A stretch of DNA of 64,000 bases from a virus. The first letter of the stretch is position 1; the number at the start of each line of letters is the position of its first letter. This document shows, piece after piece, positions 21,701 through 33,700 of this stretch. The position numbers and the translations under genes are program-made. The notes beneath the pieces are model-generated. The model saw only the letters and a list, made by a program, of their open reading frames with translations, was not told the DNA's origin and ran no database searches. The stretch lies in the IMG/VR virus record IMGVR_UViG_3300027969_002800, positions 1-64,000 of that record. The stretch is one strand, 5' to 3'.

Positions 21701-21955
21701 AAGAACAAACTAGAGAACAGAGAGTTGAAAACATATGAGAATATGTACAACTATAGATTTGGTCCTAACTTTAGAGCACAGAACATGAATCCTTTAGCAC
21801 AGTGGGATACAGATTATAAAGGAGCTTCATCAGAAGAACTAGAAGCTATGACAGCTCTTAAGAAAGCACAAGATAAAAAAGAAGCTGCTGCCGCTAAGAA
21901 AGATAAAGCAGTATCTAGAAACGGTTCTATTGTAAAATCTTACAAAAATATATAA
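18707..21955 (+). CDS. Putative ejected cargo protein (Gly-rich membrane-spanning segments, coiled coil)
   Basis: GGxIG Gly-zipper segments; lies upstream of the giant cargo/RNAP genes as in crAss-like phages. Confidence 0.6.
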   Translation: MKAQILKIAGVKSEKEFYKKFPSEEAFMKKHGKEFKKAQTGAAINASQVHQSAYKPLSYQTQVDDVDKMLTGSTEAERQAALAKQQAAAPQGGGGGGFDIAGLMKLAGGAIGGAASGAAGASSVAAAARYGADIHRAQFGGNYDLGKSPDFSMNANQGFSPKQNSFSMQTPKFNAYDPQGDQSGTKMAKGIFEGAHSVGDSPFKDADKWSKVGGAVSQFAGPVGDIISGIGELKKEKEMKKAAEQARDVSKISLQAAESVDVDARRQQSENIAKQREAQMPVNTGEEFFPIYGVGTNVLARNGFRLQGGGEIQNTFAPNDIYTDSGYEPLNDTNIKQYYHGGRLHQMQDGGGTPWGMISQKATGIGQSMMGGQNAGGKIGGTIGSGIGTAIGGPLGGAIGNFVGGLAGNALDTNAKKMKKAQDATQRNMQGMANANMAKGIQAQNQSYMEDGGWVSHDWTPQVIASFGGLDKQEVYNYAHEGMDSLRAGGHLREYTPPSDRAMETYENGGEVRRSALNGEVQTTWGGGIKTLSHNPYMPGTGETIQFVGNSHDTYDPKSKQTGIGVKYGQGNQDSYTDYAEYGTEQADANVEVEKEPAAELIDPVTGEKNLTVWGNLKIPNQYIDMLGDKNAKGKKFKNYVADLSKIEEKQNTIIDKSSKELSALDPINSFDKLKLTALQANIQGANMKLKDVADKKINAASLQNAINDTAEERGLVADDLARGKAKVDKEAQKQSAKFGGKFTQAQDGKELTDEQLIEQADMQGGELAEVVITRPKKYENIIDEEYDDYVMPQQKYEYEQIEPDNEYDDYVRDLGSNVVSNKKTSTRSGKDSDWWDKATLFANAILPTIRPSDAEGLDTAQLYPEMFAMATNQVAPVQAQTYQPDLSTPYDVSFQDQLNANQADYRAAQRTMGYNPAAQANLNAQKYQANQSVLANQFRANQEMKNKAYGENRNMLNDAKLKNLAIFDKQYERQTEALANTKATTQAALNSISDKYAKNKLENRELKTYENMYNYRFGPNFRAQNMNPLAQWDTDYKGASSEELEAMTALKKAQDKKEAAAAKKDKAVSRNGSIVKSYKNI

Positions 21956-22027
21956 CTAAACTCATTATAAAAAATTACTACAAAATGTTATTAAATTTTG
22001 ATAGTATAATAATTTAAATTAAATTTG
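21951..22027 (+). promoter_or_regulatory. Bacteroidota-type promoter (TTTG -33, TAAATTTG -7) with upstream TAAC-N7-ATTA element
   Basis: TAAATTTG at 22020-22027; TTTG 19 nt upstream; intergenic. Confidence 0.65.
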
Positions 22028-22064
22028 CTAATCTACATATTTATATGTATTAAAATAACAGACT

Positions 22065-24782
22065 ATGGCTTCATGGCAAGATAAAATACCAACTTTTAAT
22101 CCTTATGTACAACAACTTCCTGTAGATGCTATGGTGAAAGTTGGTATGGCTAAACAGCAACAATATGAAGAGGGAGTACAAAAGATACAAACAAGTATTG
22201 ACAATGTTGCAGGTCTCGATGTTGTTTCAGAGGTAGATAAAAAATACTTACAATCTAAACTTAACTCATTAGGTAATAACTTAAAACTGGTGGCTGCTGG
22301 AGATTTTTCTAATTTCCAGTTAGTCAACTCTGTTTCTGGTATGGCTAAACAAATTAGTAAAGATGAGAATGTTATGAATGCTGTAAGCTCTACTTCTAGA
22401 ATAAGAAAAGAACAAAAGATATTAGAAGAGGCTGAGGCATCAGGTAAATCATCTGTACAGAACAGAGCTAAGTTTGAAGATGGTGTAAATCAATATATCA
22501 ATAAGACAGACATAAAGCAATCTTATAATGGTAGATATACTCAGTATACTAACATAGATAAAAAGCTTAGAGAGGTAGCTGATAAAATACATGAATCAGA
22601 TACATCATATGATAATCCATTTCAAAGAGATGCCTCTGGTAACACTCTTTATTTTTATAAAGATGCAAGTGGTAAAGAAGTGGCTACTACTGATTCTTCA
22701 AAAGGTTCACCTAAACAAGATGCAGCAATGTTAAGTGTTGGATCAAAAGCAAAATCTGCACAGAAGATATTAAATACATTTTATGATACACTATCTCCTG
22801 ATGATATAGAACAATTAAAGATTGATGGATGGTATCATTATAAAGGTAAAGATGTAAACACATTTAAACAAGATGTAGTATCGAACTATAATAAAACTAA
22901 ATCAATTGTAACTAATGGAGTTACTGAAATGGCTCTAGAACTACAGACTAACAACAAACTTACTCCTGCTCAAAGAGCTCAATATCAAGCTGACATAGAT
23001 GATGCTAATGCAAAACTTGCTGATGGTAGTTTAGAAAAAGCTAGAGACAAAGAGATTTTAGATTTAGAAAGTATTACAGATTTTGAAGGGTATAAAGAAA
23101 AATTATATACACAGAAGACATTAACTAATCTTGCAGCTGATTTAGCTTATGATGATAAAAAGCTTGAGTTAAAAACTAATCCATATGAACAAGCTAATGA
23201 TAGAAGATTACAACTAAACTTAGCATATAGTAATGCTGCTAGAGAACAAAATAATTGGGAAAGAGATTTTGCTAGAGATAATGCTCATTGGCAATATGAA
23301 CAAGATGTAAAATCTAAAGAAGAAACAGCAAAAAAACAAAGAGATACTTTTGGAGCAATTGATCCAGGAGTAATATCTACAAATGTAGATGTACCATCAC
23401 TATCAAAATTAGGAGGGGAAATAAATCTACTAACAGGAAAAAGAGATTCTTCTGGTAGAATTATTATTGAAGGAGAATTAGATAGATTGAATCTAAGTGC
23501 ATTTTCTACTATACCAGGAGGTAATAAAATGTCAAATACACAAAAAGAAGATTACTTAACAAAGTTAACTGATAAATATTTAAAGAACCCTGGTTCAATT
23601 TCTGATGTTACTAATAATCCTGGATTAAGAAAGTATTTAGAATCTAGGAGACAACTACAAATAAAAGTTGCATTAAAACAAAAACTATATAATACTACAA
23701 ACAAATTAACACAAGGACTTGATGCAGATCTTCAAGGTTTAATAAAGTCTCAAAAAGGTATTGTTGATAAGAATGGAAGAGAATTATATTCTGCAAAAGA
23801 ATTATTTGATGTAAATAATGCATTGCAAAAATTTAATAAACTTGTACCACAATCTGGTGGTGGAAAACCAGTTATGAGTTTTGACAAACAAGCAGCAATG
23901 AATAATTTCAAAGGAACTAAATATCAGAATATTGCAAGTGCATATATTAAACAACAAGAACTCATTGCAAAAGGTTCTTTATACTCAGAGCCTTTATCAT
24001 ATTCAGACAGAATAATACTTGACCAGACTAATAAAATAAAATCAAGAGTGACTCCTGTTGCTTCTAAAATAAATAATCAAAAACTAACAATTCAATCTGA
24101 CTTCCTAGCTAAAAATGATCCTGAGAGACAGACACAAGTTGGTACTTTCAATACAGGAGTTAAAGGAACACGAGATAGAATTGCAGGATTTATTGGAAAT
24201 GAGTTAGTTAATCAGAAATCATTAGGAGCTTTTGATTCTGATAAATTAGAGGATGCTTCAGTAGAAACTATTAAAAAAATGTTAAAGACTTCTGGAACTT
24301 TATATTCAATGGTTAAGAAGTTTGATGGCTCTGCAGATATGATTATTGAAGGTGCTGAGGGTAGACAAGTTTTACATGTTAGTGCTAATAAGGTGAATAG
24401 ACATTTTCCAGAAATAGCAAAAGTTAATCCTTTGAATGCTGCAAAATATGCAATTCAAAGTTCTCCTGATCGTACTACAAATTTATTTACTGGTAGTGGA
24501 GAAGGTGGTGCAGTTAACTCTATGTTTAGTGGTTTTGACTTACCGTTATTAAGTAATTCTCAGGTAGCACCAAGAGTTAGATTTGATATAGAAGGTAGCC
24601 CTGATAATGATGGTAGTAATCTAGATGAGTTTACATTAAAAATGTATGTACAACCAAAAGGTAGCAATACGTGGGTTAAAGGATATATGAATCAAAACTA
24701 TGTATCATTAGCAGGAATACAAGAGACTATAAATAATATAGGGGATACTACTATTGATTCTTTTTTAACAAAAAATAAATAA
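22065..24782 (+). CDS. Putative ejected cargo protein
   Basis: N-terminal FNPYVQQLPVD...KQQQY typical of crAss-like cargo proteins; immediately upstream of the vRNAP gene. Confidence 0.6.
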   Translation: MASWQDKIPTFNPYVQQLPVDAMVKVGMAKQQQYEEGVQKIQTSIDNVAGLDVVSEVDKKYLQSKLNSLGNNLKLVAAGDFSNFQLVNSVSGMAKQISKDENVMNAVSSTSRIRKEQKILEEAEASGKSSVQNRAKFEDGVNQYINKTDIKQSYNGRYTQYTNIDKKLREVADKIHESDTSYDNPFQRDASGNTLYFYKDASGKEVATTDSSKGSPKQDAAMLSVGSKAKSAQKILNTFYDTLSPDDIEQLKIDGWYHYKGKDVNTFKQDVVSNYNKTKSIVTNGVTEMALELQTNNKLTPAQRAQYQADIDDANAKLADGSLEKARDKEILDLESITDFEGYKEKLYTQKTLTNLAADLAYDDKKLELKTNPYEQANDRRLQLNLAYSNAAREQNNWERDFARDNAHWQYEQDVKSKEETAKKQRDTFGAIDPGVISTNVDVPSLSKLGGEINLLTGKRDSSGRIIIEGELDRLNLSAFSTIPGGNKMSNTQKEDYLTKLTDKYLKNPGSISDVTNNPGLRKYLESRRQLQIKVALKQKLYNTTNKLTQGLDADLQGLIKSQKGIVDKNGRELYSAKELFDVNNALQKFNKLVPQSGGGKPVMSFDKQAAMNNFKGTKYQNIASAYIKQQELIAKGSLYSEPLSYSDRIILDQTNKIKSRVTPVASKINNQKLTIQSDFLAKNDPERQTQVGTFNTGVKGTRDRIAGFIGNELVNQKSLGAFDSDKLEDASVETIKKMLKTSGTLYSMVKKFDGSADMIIEGAEGRQVLHVSANKVNRHFPEIAKVNPLNAAKYAIQSSPDRTTNLFTGSGEGGAVNSMFSGFDLPLLSNSQVAPRVRFDIEGSPDNDGSNLDEFTLKMYVQPKGSNTWVKGYMNQNYVSLAGIQETINNIGDTTIDSFLTKNK

Positions 24783-24787
24783 AAATT

Positions 24788-27700
24788 ATGCCAATTTTTG
24801 ATAATGAACTTATAGATAATACTTCTAATAGAAACTATGAACAACCTAAAGTAGATCTTAGGTCAATTGTTTTACCAGAAGTTGATACTAATCCTAACAT
24901 GGGTGGATTTGAAAGTTATAATCAAGTTCCAGCTAAGAGAGGTCTCACTGTAGATGAAATATCAGAAATGAGTAGAGGTGTAAGAGACTCTACTGGTTGG
25001 GATTCTCCTATTGAGTTAGTTTCTAAAGGTGAATTATTATCAAATAAACGTTATCCAATGTTTCAAAGAGATGTAGATCTTGAGAACATATATGGATTAC
25101 AACAATCTTGGTACAGTAAACTTGGACGCAGTCTTGTTAAGACAGGAGTAACTGCAGCAGGTACATTTGCACAATCTCTTACTGATATTCCTAATACAAT
25201 CTCTGCAATAAAGAATGGTAGCATGTCTAAACTTGCTGGAGATCCAAATGGATATGAAGGTGGTATAGATAGTTGGATGAAAAATATGGAAGATATTATT
25301 CCTAACTATATGACAAGGGAAGAAAAAGCTCATCCATATTTAGCAATGATTCCATTTGCTCCAGGATCTGCAAACTTCTGGGGAGAATCAGTTCTTAAAA
25401 ACTTAGGATTTACAGCTGGTGCAATTGCTGGAGCAGCTTTGCAAGATATTGCAATTGGTGCAGTTACAGAAGGTATAGGAGAACTTCCACTAGTAGCTAA
25501 TCAAATTGGTAAAGCTGCCCTATGGCTTAATAAACTTGCAGGAGGGACTAATAAAATTGAAACTGTTCTAGATTTAGCAAAAGGATTAGGTAAAACAGAA
25601 CAACAACTTTTAAAACTTGAGAAGTTAGGAAATTTAGCACAGTCTGCTAAAGTATTGAATGGTGCAAGATATGGTATTATTAGTTGGGGAGCTGCACAAA
25701 CAGAAGCTGGTGTTGAAGCTAGAGATGGGTATAGACATGTTAAAGAAGAATTAATTCAACAATATAAAGATGGGCATTTTGGTGAAGAACCAATAGGACA
25801 AGATCTTCAAGAAATAGAAGACTATTCTACTAATGCAATGAATACTAGATTTGGTATTAACATGGCATTACTAACTGTATCAAATGCTGTGCAGTTTGGA
25901 AATTTATTTAAATCATTCACTACAGCACAAAAAGGTATTACAGGAACTCTTGCAAAAGAACTTGGAACTGCTGGTAAAATAGGTCTTAAAGAAGGAAGCA
26001 TTGATGTATTTGAAAAGAAAGCTGCAACTGGTCTTGGTGGTAGAATATGGGACTCTGTTAAACCTAAACTAGCTAATGTATTATCTGAAGGTGTATATGA
26101 AGAAGGTGGACAGTTTGCTGCTGAAAGAGGAACATATGATTACTATACAAGAAAATATAAAAACCTTAGCAATCCAAATAATAAAAAGAACTGGGATGAC
26201 TTAAATGAGATTACTAGTTCTACTACTTATGGATTATCTGAACAGTTCAATACTACTGAAGGTGTTAACAATATGATTGTTGGTGGTCTTACAGCTGTAT
26301 TAACAGGAGGAGCACAACAGTTTTATGATTATAAAAAAGGAAATGGTGCAGACAAACGTTTAACCTCTTCTATTAATACACTTAATAGATATGGACTAAC
26401 AGGAATTCTTTCTGATAAATATGATAATACATTAAGCTCTATGGCTATTGCAAAAGAAATGCAAGCTGCAGCTGATAGTGGAAATGTATTCAAATATAAA
26501 AACTTAAAGCATGATATGTTTTTTAATTATGTACAATCTCGTATTCCATCAGGAATGCATGATGTAACAATTGAACAATTAAACATGTTGAAAGATCTTA
26601 ACAAAGAAGATTTTGAAAAGTCTTTTGGTATGGACTTCAATGCGTCTAATCAAAATACAGTTGCTGGATATGTAGATTCTTTGATTGAGAAAGCTAATTA
26701 TATTAAATCAACTACAGAAGCTATTAATGGTACATTTAAAAATCCATTTGCATATAATGTAGATCCAAAGAATGAAGAAGAGGCTACTGAATCTTTTAAT
26801 CATGCTACATTTGAAAATTGGAAAAAAGATCTTACATACTATGGAACAGTTAAAGATGATGTAAATGATAGACTTGAGTCCATAGAACAAAAAGTGATTG
26901 CAGCTAACCCACTTATCAATAATGATATACTAGCTAAAGTTACAGATAAAGATTCATTAACTGAACTATCTAGATCTTATGAAGAACAAGCTAATAGATT
27001 AAATGGAACTATTAATGAGAACACTACCACTGCTGATAGAAAAGCTATAAGAGAGCAAATAAAAGCTTTACGTACAAGTTCTGAAAAGATTAACCTAGCT
27101 TTAAACAATGGTAATCTAGATTTAAAAACATTCAATTCAATATTAAACTTTGAATTAAATAATCAAGATGGTAAAAAAGATGATGTTGTAGGTTTTGAAA
27201 ATGCAACAGAATTATTCAACTATGGTGCAGATATCAATAAGTTAACCAATCTTAAAAAGAATTCTTCAGAGATATTTGATAAACTTTCTTCAGAAGAAGG
27301 ATTTGATAAATATTTCAAACAAGCAGAAGATATTGCTAAAGAAGAAGTTCCTTTAGAAGATTTAGAAAAAGCAGAAACTTCTTTTACATTTGTGAACAAA
27401 GAGAAAGTAAAAGAACCACTACAAGTTGATAGAGAGTACGAAATAAAAGCTACAAAGAAAGCATCCATTAAGAAACTTGCTGATGATAGATATCAAGTAA
27501 CAAGTCCTGATGGCACTACATCATTTCATAAAACTAAAGAAGAAGCTGCTGAAGAGGCAAAAGATCTAACTGATGAGAGCAATAACCTATCTAAAGTGAA
27601 GGTGTTAGCTTTGAACGAAGATGGTACAGTTAAGGTGGAAGATGTGAATGGTGATATATTAAACATTGATCCTAAAAGATTAAGTGGTTATAAGAAACTT

Positions 27701-30700
27701 GAAACAGATCAAGAGAAACTATTAAAGAATAAAGAACAGTTAACCAAAGAACAAACTGATATAGAAAACAATTCTGGTACAGTGGTTATCACTACAGATA
27801 CTTCTTTCACTCCTATGGATGAAGCAGGTGCTATTGTAGATGCTAATATATTCTTTCAATCAGGTACAACTGAATCAGAAGATTATAATGATCCTACGTT
27901 ATCTGCACAACATGTAAAGAACTCAAGAGAGTTCTTAAATAACATAGACTCATTACCTAATAAAGGTAACATGAGAGCTATTCTTGTGACTCCAGGTCAA
28001 GAAGGATTAGTAGGACTAGAAGGACTTGCTAAGTTATCATATGGTAGTTATGATATGTCTAATGTATTAGATGTTGAGAATGGATTCATAGGTCAAGTAT
28101 TTATTGTACAAGAGAATGGTAAATCTTATTTTATTGATAAGGATGGTACACCATTGGGAGAAGTTGGTAAGCAATTGAGTGAGGAAGATATGAAGAAAGT
28201 TATCTTCCAAACAATGCGTACTACCAAAACTACTGATAGTAAAGGTAACCCACGTTTCAGAGGAAAGCAACAAGAATTATTTGAAGCATATAAAAAAGAA
28301 TACATTAAGTTCAGAGAAGACTTAATTGCTAATCAGGATCAAATGCCTGCACCTTTTGAATTCACTGTATCTAGAGGTATCCCAAAAGAGAACACTAATC
28401 CAGATGGTACTAAAGAAAGAAATCATGTAGGAGGTATTCTTATTGGTAAAGATAAGATAGACTCCCAAGAGAATCTAATTGTTATACCAACAACAGGAAG
28501 TATATTCCATAATGGACAAAGTATAAAGTTTCCTGATGGTACACCTGTGTTACAATATGGTTCTACATTACAATTCTTAAACAACAAGAAGTTTAATACT
28601 AAAGAAGCATCCACTATATTTCAAGTGGTAAAAGCTTTTGCTGCAGACACTCTTGCTCAATCTGAATCAGGAGCTCCTATCAGACTTAACAGAGACTACA
28701 GTGATTACTTACAGAATGTTTTATATTGGAGAGTTGGTCAAACAAAGACTAACAATCAAATAAACATTAATACAGCTGCAATGACTATTCAGATAGGAGG
28801 GAAAGAATACTCTATGTCTGAAATAGCAAATAATGAAAAAGAGATAGTTGATAACTTAAAAGAGGCGTTCAATGCAATTAATAATACTACACTTACTAAA
28901 AAGTTTGATGAGGAGTTCTTAGAATATACATTAGATAAGAATGGAGAATTAAACAAAGAACCAATTGAATGGAAGAACTATCAAACATATTTACTATCAG
29001 ATAAGAATCCTGATGGATCTGCAAGATCAATAGATAGTACACCATTAACAACATCTGTAGCTGCACCAACTGCAGACATTCCTTATTCATTCAAACAAAG
29101 ATATGCTACAGTAGAGAGTATGGGATTATCTATTCCTACTCCTACAGTTGAAGCTCAAGCTGATGAACCATCAGTTCCTGGTGTTGAGAAGATAGGAGAA
29201 TACACAATTGGTAATGATACACCTAATACATATAAATTATCAGGAGATCGTCCTGTAAGCTTTACAGCAGCATATGATGAGAATGGTAAAGTGGCTGTAC
29301 AAATAGAAAGTAATGAAACAACAAAAGCTATAGCAACTAATAAAACTGCTGATGGTAAAAAAGTTGTAGATGAAGTTATTATTCCTGCACTTAAAAATAT
29401 TGCAGTAGAGAAAGAACAAGAATTTGATCTTACTAAGACTGATGAGGAATATGTATTTGATTATTTAGCAAACACTATTGCTAGTGATTTACAAAATAAG
29501 AAAGATGCACAAGTTCCTGTAGTAGAAGAGGTAGTTGTTGAGGAAGCTCCAATAGTTGAAGAGAAAAAAGAAATACCTACAGGTGCAGATAGATTTAATG
29601 GAGGACCTGCTAATCTTCCTGGGTATAGAGCTGTTGGTGTTGATGGTAAAGAAAGAATGACTGATGCAGAATTTCAGTTATTCAAAGCATGGCATGCAGA
29701 AAATGCTGCTAATATTCCTTTTGAAGTGGTAGATAATCTTATCACTATGAATAATGGTGAGAAAGCTTGGGGTGTATTTGAAGATGGTGTAGCTAAATTT
29801 GTAAGAGGTGGATTAAGAGGTACAGAGTATCACGAGATCTTTGAAGGTATATATAAAGGAATGTTATCTCCTGAAGAACAACAAGCATTGCTTGATGAGT
29901 TTAAATCTAATGCAGGTGTATTTACAGATAGACAATCTGGTAAGAAGATAAGCTATGCAGATGCTACAGATCTTCAAGCTAAAGAAAGAATAGCAGATGA
30001 CTTTGCTGATTTTAGAAAAGGAAAACTTCCAGCAAGATCATTAGGAGAAGCTATACGTAATTTATTTTCTAGAATACTAAACTTCTTTAAATCATTTGTA
30101 ACTAATCCTTCATTGAAAGAAGATTTGTTTAAAGCAATTGATACAGGTAAGTTTAAAGAAAGAACATTAAATAATTCTTATAATGTTTGGCATGCTTCAG
30201 ATAAACAAATAGATAAATTTATTGCAGAAAATAAAGAAGGTTATTTTTCTAAAGAAAAAGGGGGATCACCTAAAGCAATATTTTTTACAGCAAATAAAGC
30301 CCCTGAAGTTTCTTTTCTTTCTCAAAGAGAATATCAAAAACAATTTTCAGTTACTATGATTAACCCTTTAATTGTAAATACAGAAGAAGGCTATTCTAGA
30401 GAAAAAGAAAGTTTTAAAAATTTAGTAAATAGAGCTTTAGATAATAATCATGATGGTGTTATAGTTAAAAATGTTGATGATAATGGTTTTAATGGAGATA
30501 TTTATATCTCTCTTGATGCTGCAAAAGTATCAGCATTAGCAGAATATAGAGCTGTAGAAGGATTAACTGAACAACAAACAAGAGAGTTTGTTCAAGATAT
30601 GACAGCTAGAGCTGCAGGTATATTATATAGTGAAGGAGAGAAAGGTTTATTGTTTTCTCCTGATGGGATCACTAGTGGTTCTATGTATAGTAAAATAAAA

Positions 30701-33700
30701 GCACAGTACAATAATGAGTATTACGCTAATGGTTTTAGTAAAATGGAATTGTTAGGAGATGTTGCATGGGATGAACTTAAAGAAAAAACAACACTTTCAT
30801 TACGTACATTAGGTATAAGTTTTAATGAAGAAGATAAAGTTAGCATTAATGATGAAGAAGCAAATAAAAATGATTATGCTCCAGAACCTTTCTCAACAGA
30901 TTGGAAAAAGAATTCTACAGGAGCTATTAAGTTTTCATTAGCTACATTATTAGAAGTACAAGCAACTAATCAAGAGAACTCTCTTTCATTTAAATTACCT
31001 GCTCCTAAAGTATCTAGTGTAGTAGGATTTAAACTTTTAAACTTCACTAGAGCATTTGCTACAGTGTTGGATAAACTTTCAAACACTACATCTATTACAA
31101 AGATGGTAGATAAACTTAGTGACTTAGCTAAAGATGATCCTAACTATGTTAGATTGTTCCAACGTGTAGGTGGTAAGTTATCTAATAGAAGTGTTCCATT
31201 CAGTGACTTTGATGCAACTGACTGGAGATACTTCATTCAGTTTACTCAAACATTTACTAAACAAAAACCTGATGCATTAATTCAATATAAAGAAGGAACA
31301 GAAACTTATGTAGCTCCTGCTAATTTATATACAGCAATTAAACAAACTCAAAATGGTTGGATGGAGAACATTAAACTGTTATCATCATCAGATGCATCAT
31401 TAATTAGTTATGATAAAGTTAATAAAACATATCAAGTTGATACAGAAAGAATACAAAATCTACCAACTAATTTTCCACAAGATAGAGTTAAGTTCTTAGA
31501 AGAGATAGGTATTGACTTTCCATTGGAAGTTTATAATAAATTAAAAGATCTTGAACAAGTTTCATTTGAAAAAGCAGTAAGTGCTATTAAAAAATATCTA
31601 GGTGCTGAGAAAAATATAATGACTGTATCAGGAAAGACTCTTGGTAACATTGGTGGTCAGTTTACTAAGTTAGCAGAACTATACAACAAAGTAACTAATC
31701 CTAATCAAGAGAGTACATACTCAGGAGTGGAAGGACAAAAGATAGGTGCCTTTGCTGAGAACAATGCTCCTTCATTATTTGAAAATGAATTCAATGAAGC
31801 TAATACACTTGATGAACTATTAGAGAAAAGACCTGAACTAAGAGATGTTTATTCTAAAGGAAGTCAAGTTTTGAAGAAAGGTGGATTATTCTTTGATGCA
31901 GAAGGTAAGAGAATCAAAGAGATGAAAGTTTCTTACATACAAGGAACTAAACTTATTGATGATAACAAAGGTGTAGCTACAACTAAATTAACTTTAGGAG
32001 AAAGGTTTACACAAGAGATAAATCAAAACCTTGATGGTAACTATTATGTATTAATTCCTGCAGATGGTTCTACTGAGTGGATGATGAATCTTGGTAACAC
32101 TATAAAACTAAAAGAGATTGAGGGTGGAAGAGCTTGGAGTAAAATCAATAAGATATTTCAAGGATATTTAAAAGATGATATAGCTCTTGCTTTAGATGCT
32201 GATAATAGAGAGAAGTTAAATAATATTGGAAACAAAGCTAAAGAACTAAGATTCTTCAAAGATATACTTTCTGAAAAAGCACTAGCTGATATAAATGAAC
32301 TTATATCTGAGAATGCTACTATGGAATCATTTGAAACTTACATTAGTGAGAATGCAGAAGATATTAATAATTCTATAAAAGAATACATAGATTCAACTGT
32401 TGTTGAGACAAGAGAAGTGCTTACAGAGAATAAACAAATTAGATTACTTAAAGAGGGTGTATACGCTTATAGTGGATTAATTGACACATTTGCAAAAAAT
32501 GAAGCATTTGATAAGTTTGCTCTTTCTGATCAAACCATAAATGATATATTGACATTTGCTAATGTTAATTACATCATTAATAATATTGAATATCACAAAG
32601 TTTTATTTGGAGATCCTTATCAGTTTGCTATTAAGAAAGATGGTTCATTAGATGAGACCAAACGTATCAAATCTTTCTTATCTCCTAGAAGAACTACATT
32701 TGATACTCCTGAATTTAATACATTCTTGAATCAAAAGTTAAATAAAATTGGTGAGATTAATTTAAAACCTGGAGACCCTGGATACCAACAATTCAAAGCT
32801 TATACTAACACTGTAACATTTAAAGATGTAACTATTGCAGGAAGTCTTAGTAATGCTATTTCTGCTTATAGTAAAACAAATGAAGCTGATGCAATGTCTT
32901 GGTTAATGGATGGTACATATAGAGAGATTAAACTTAAGAATGGTCAATGGAGTGAAGAAGCTGAAGCTTGGCACCAATGGCAAATGGCTTATACAAGACA
33001 AAACTATCCAGGATATACATACACTAGTGATAACCTTAAAAGACATGATACTGCTTTAGTTAAAACTAAAGAGCCTAAACATGTATTGGAAGTATTAAAA
33101 CCTATTGTGTCTGGTAATAAATATGGTAAAAACAATTTAGATCTTGTTCTAGATAAGTTTTCACAAATGCCTGTATACTACAGTATGGTAAAAGGTACTA
33201 CACTGGAGAAACTTTATGTTAAGATGTTTGAGGCTGGTGTAGGATATGCTATTGTTGAATCTGGTAGAAAGGTTGGAGCTGAAGAGTTACATTCATTGTA
33301 TAATACAGATGGTTCATTTAATGATAATGCATTTAATAATAATATTCAAGTGCCTTGGAAAGCTTATGGTATCCAAGTAGAAACTGCAACAGAAGGAGTT
33401 AAACAACAAACAAGAGGATCTCAGCTTACTAAGTTATCAAGTATGGATTTATTTGATAATGGTCAGACTATTGGAGCTACACCTGAAAGACAAGAAGCTA
33501 TTAGAAATGAATACAATCGTAATGTAAAGATATTAAATGATTTACATCAACATGGATATAACACTCTATTAACTAGACTTGGTGTTGTAGATAATGGAAA
33601 CGGATTTACACTTAAAGATGGTAAAGCTGTATCTGAAACTCTTATGCGTGAATTGTTAAGAAGAGAAGCTTCTGATAATACAATAGATACATTACAGCTT

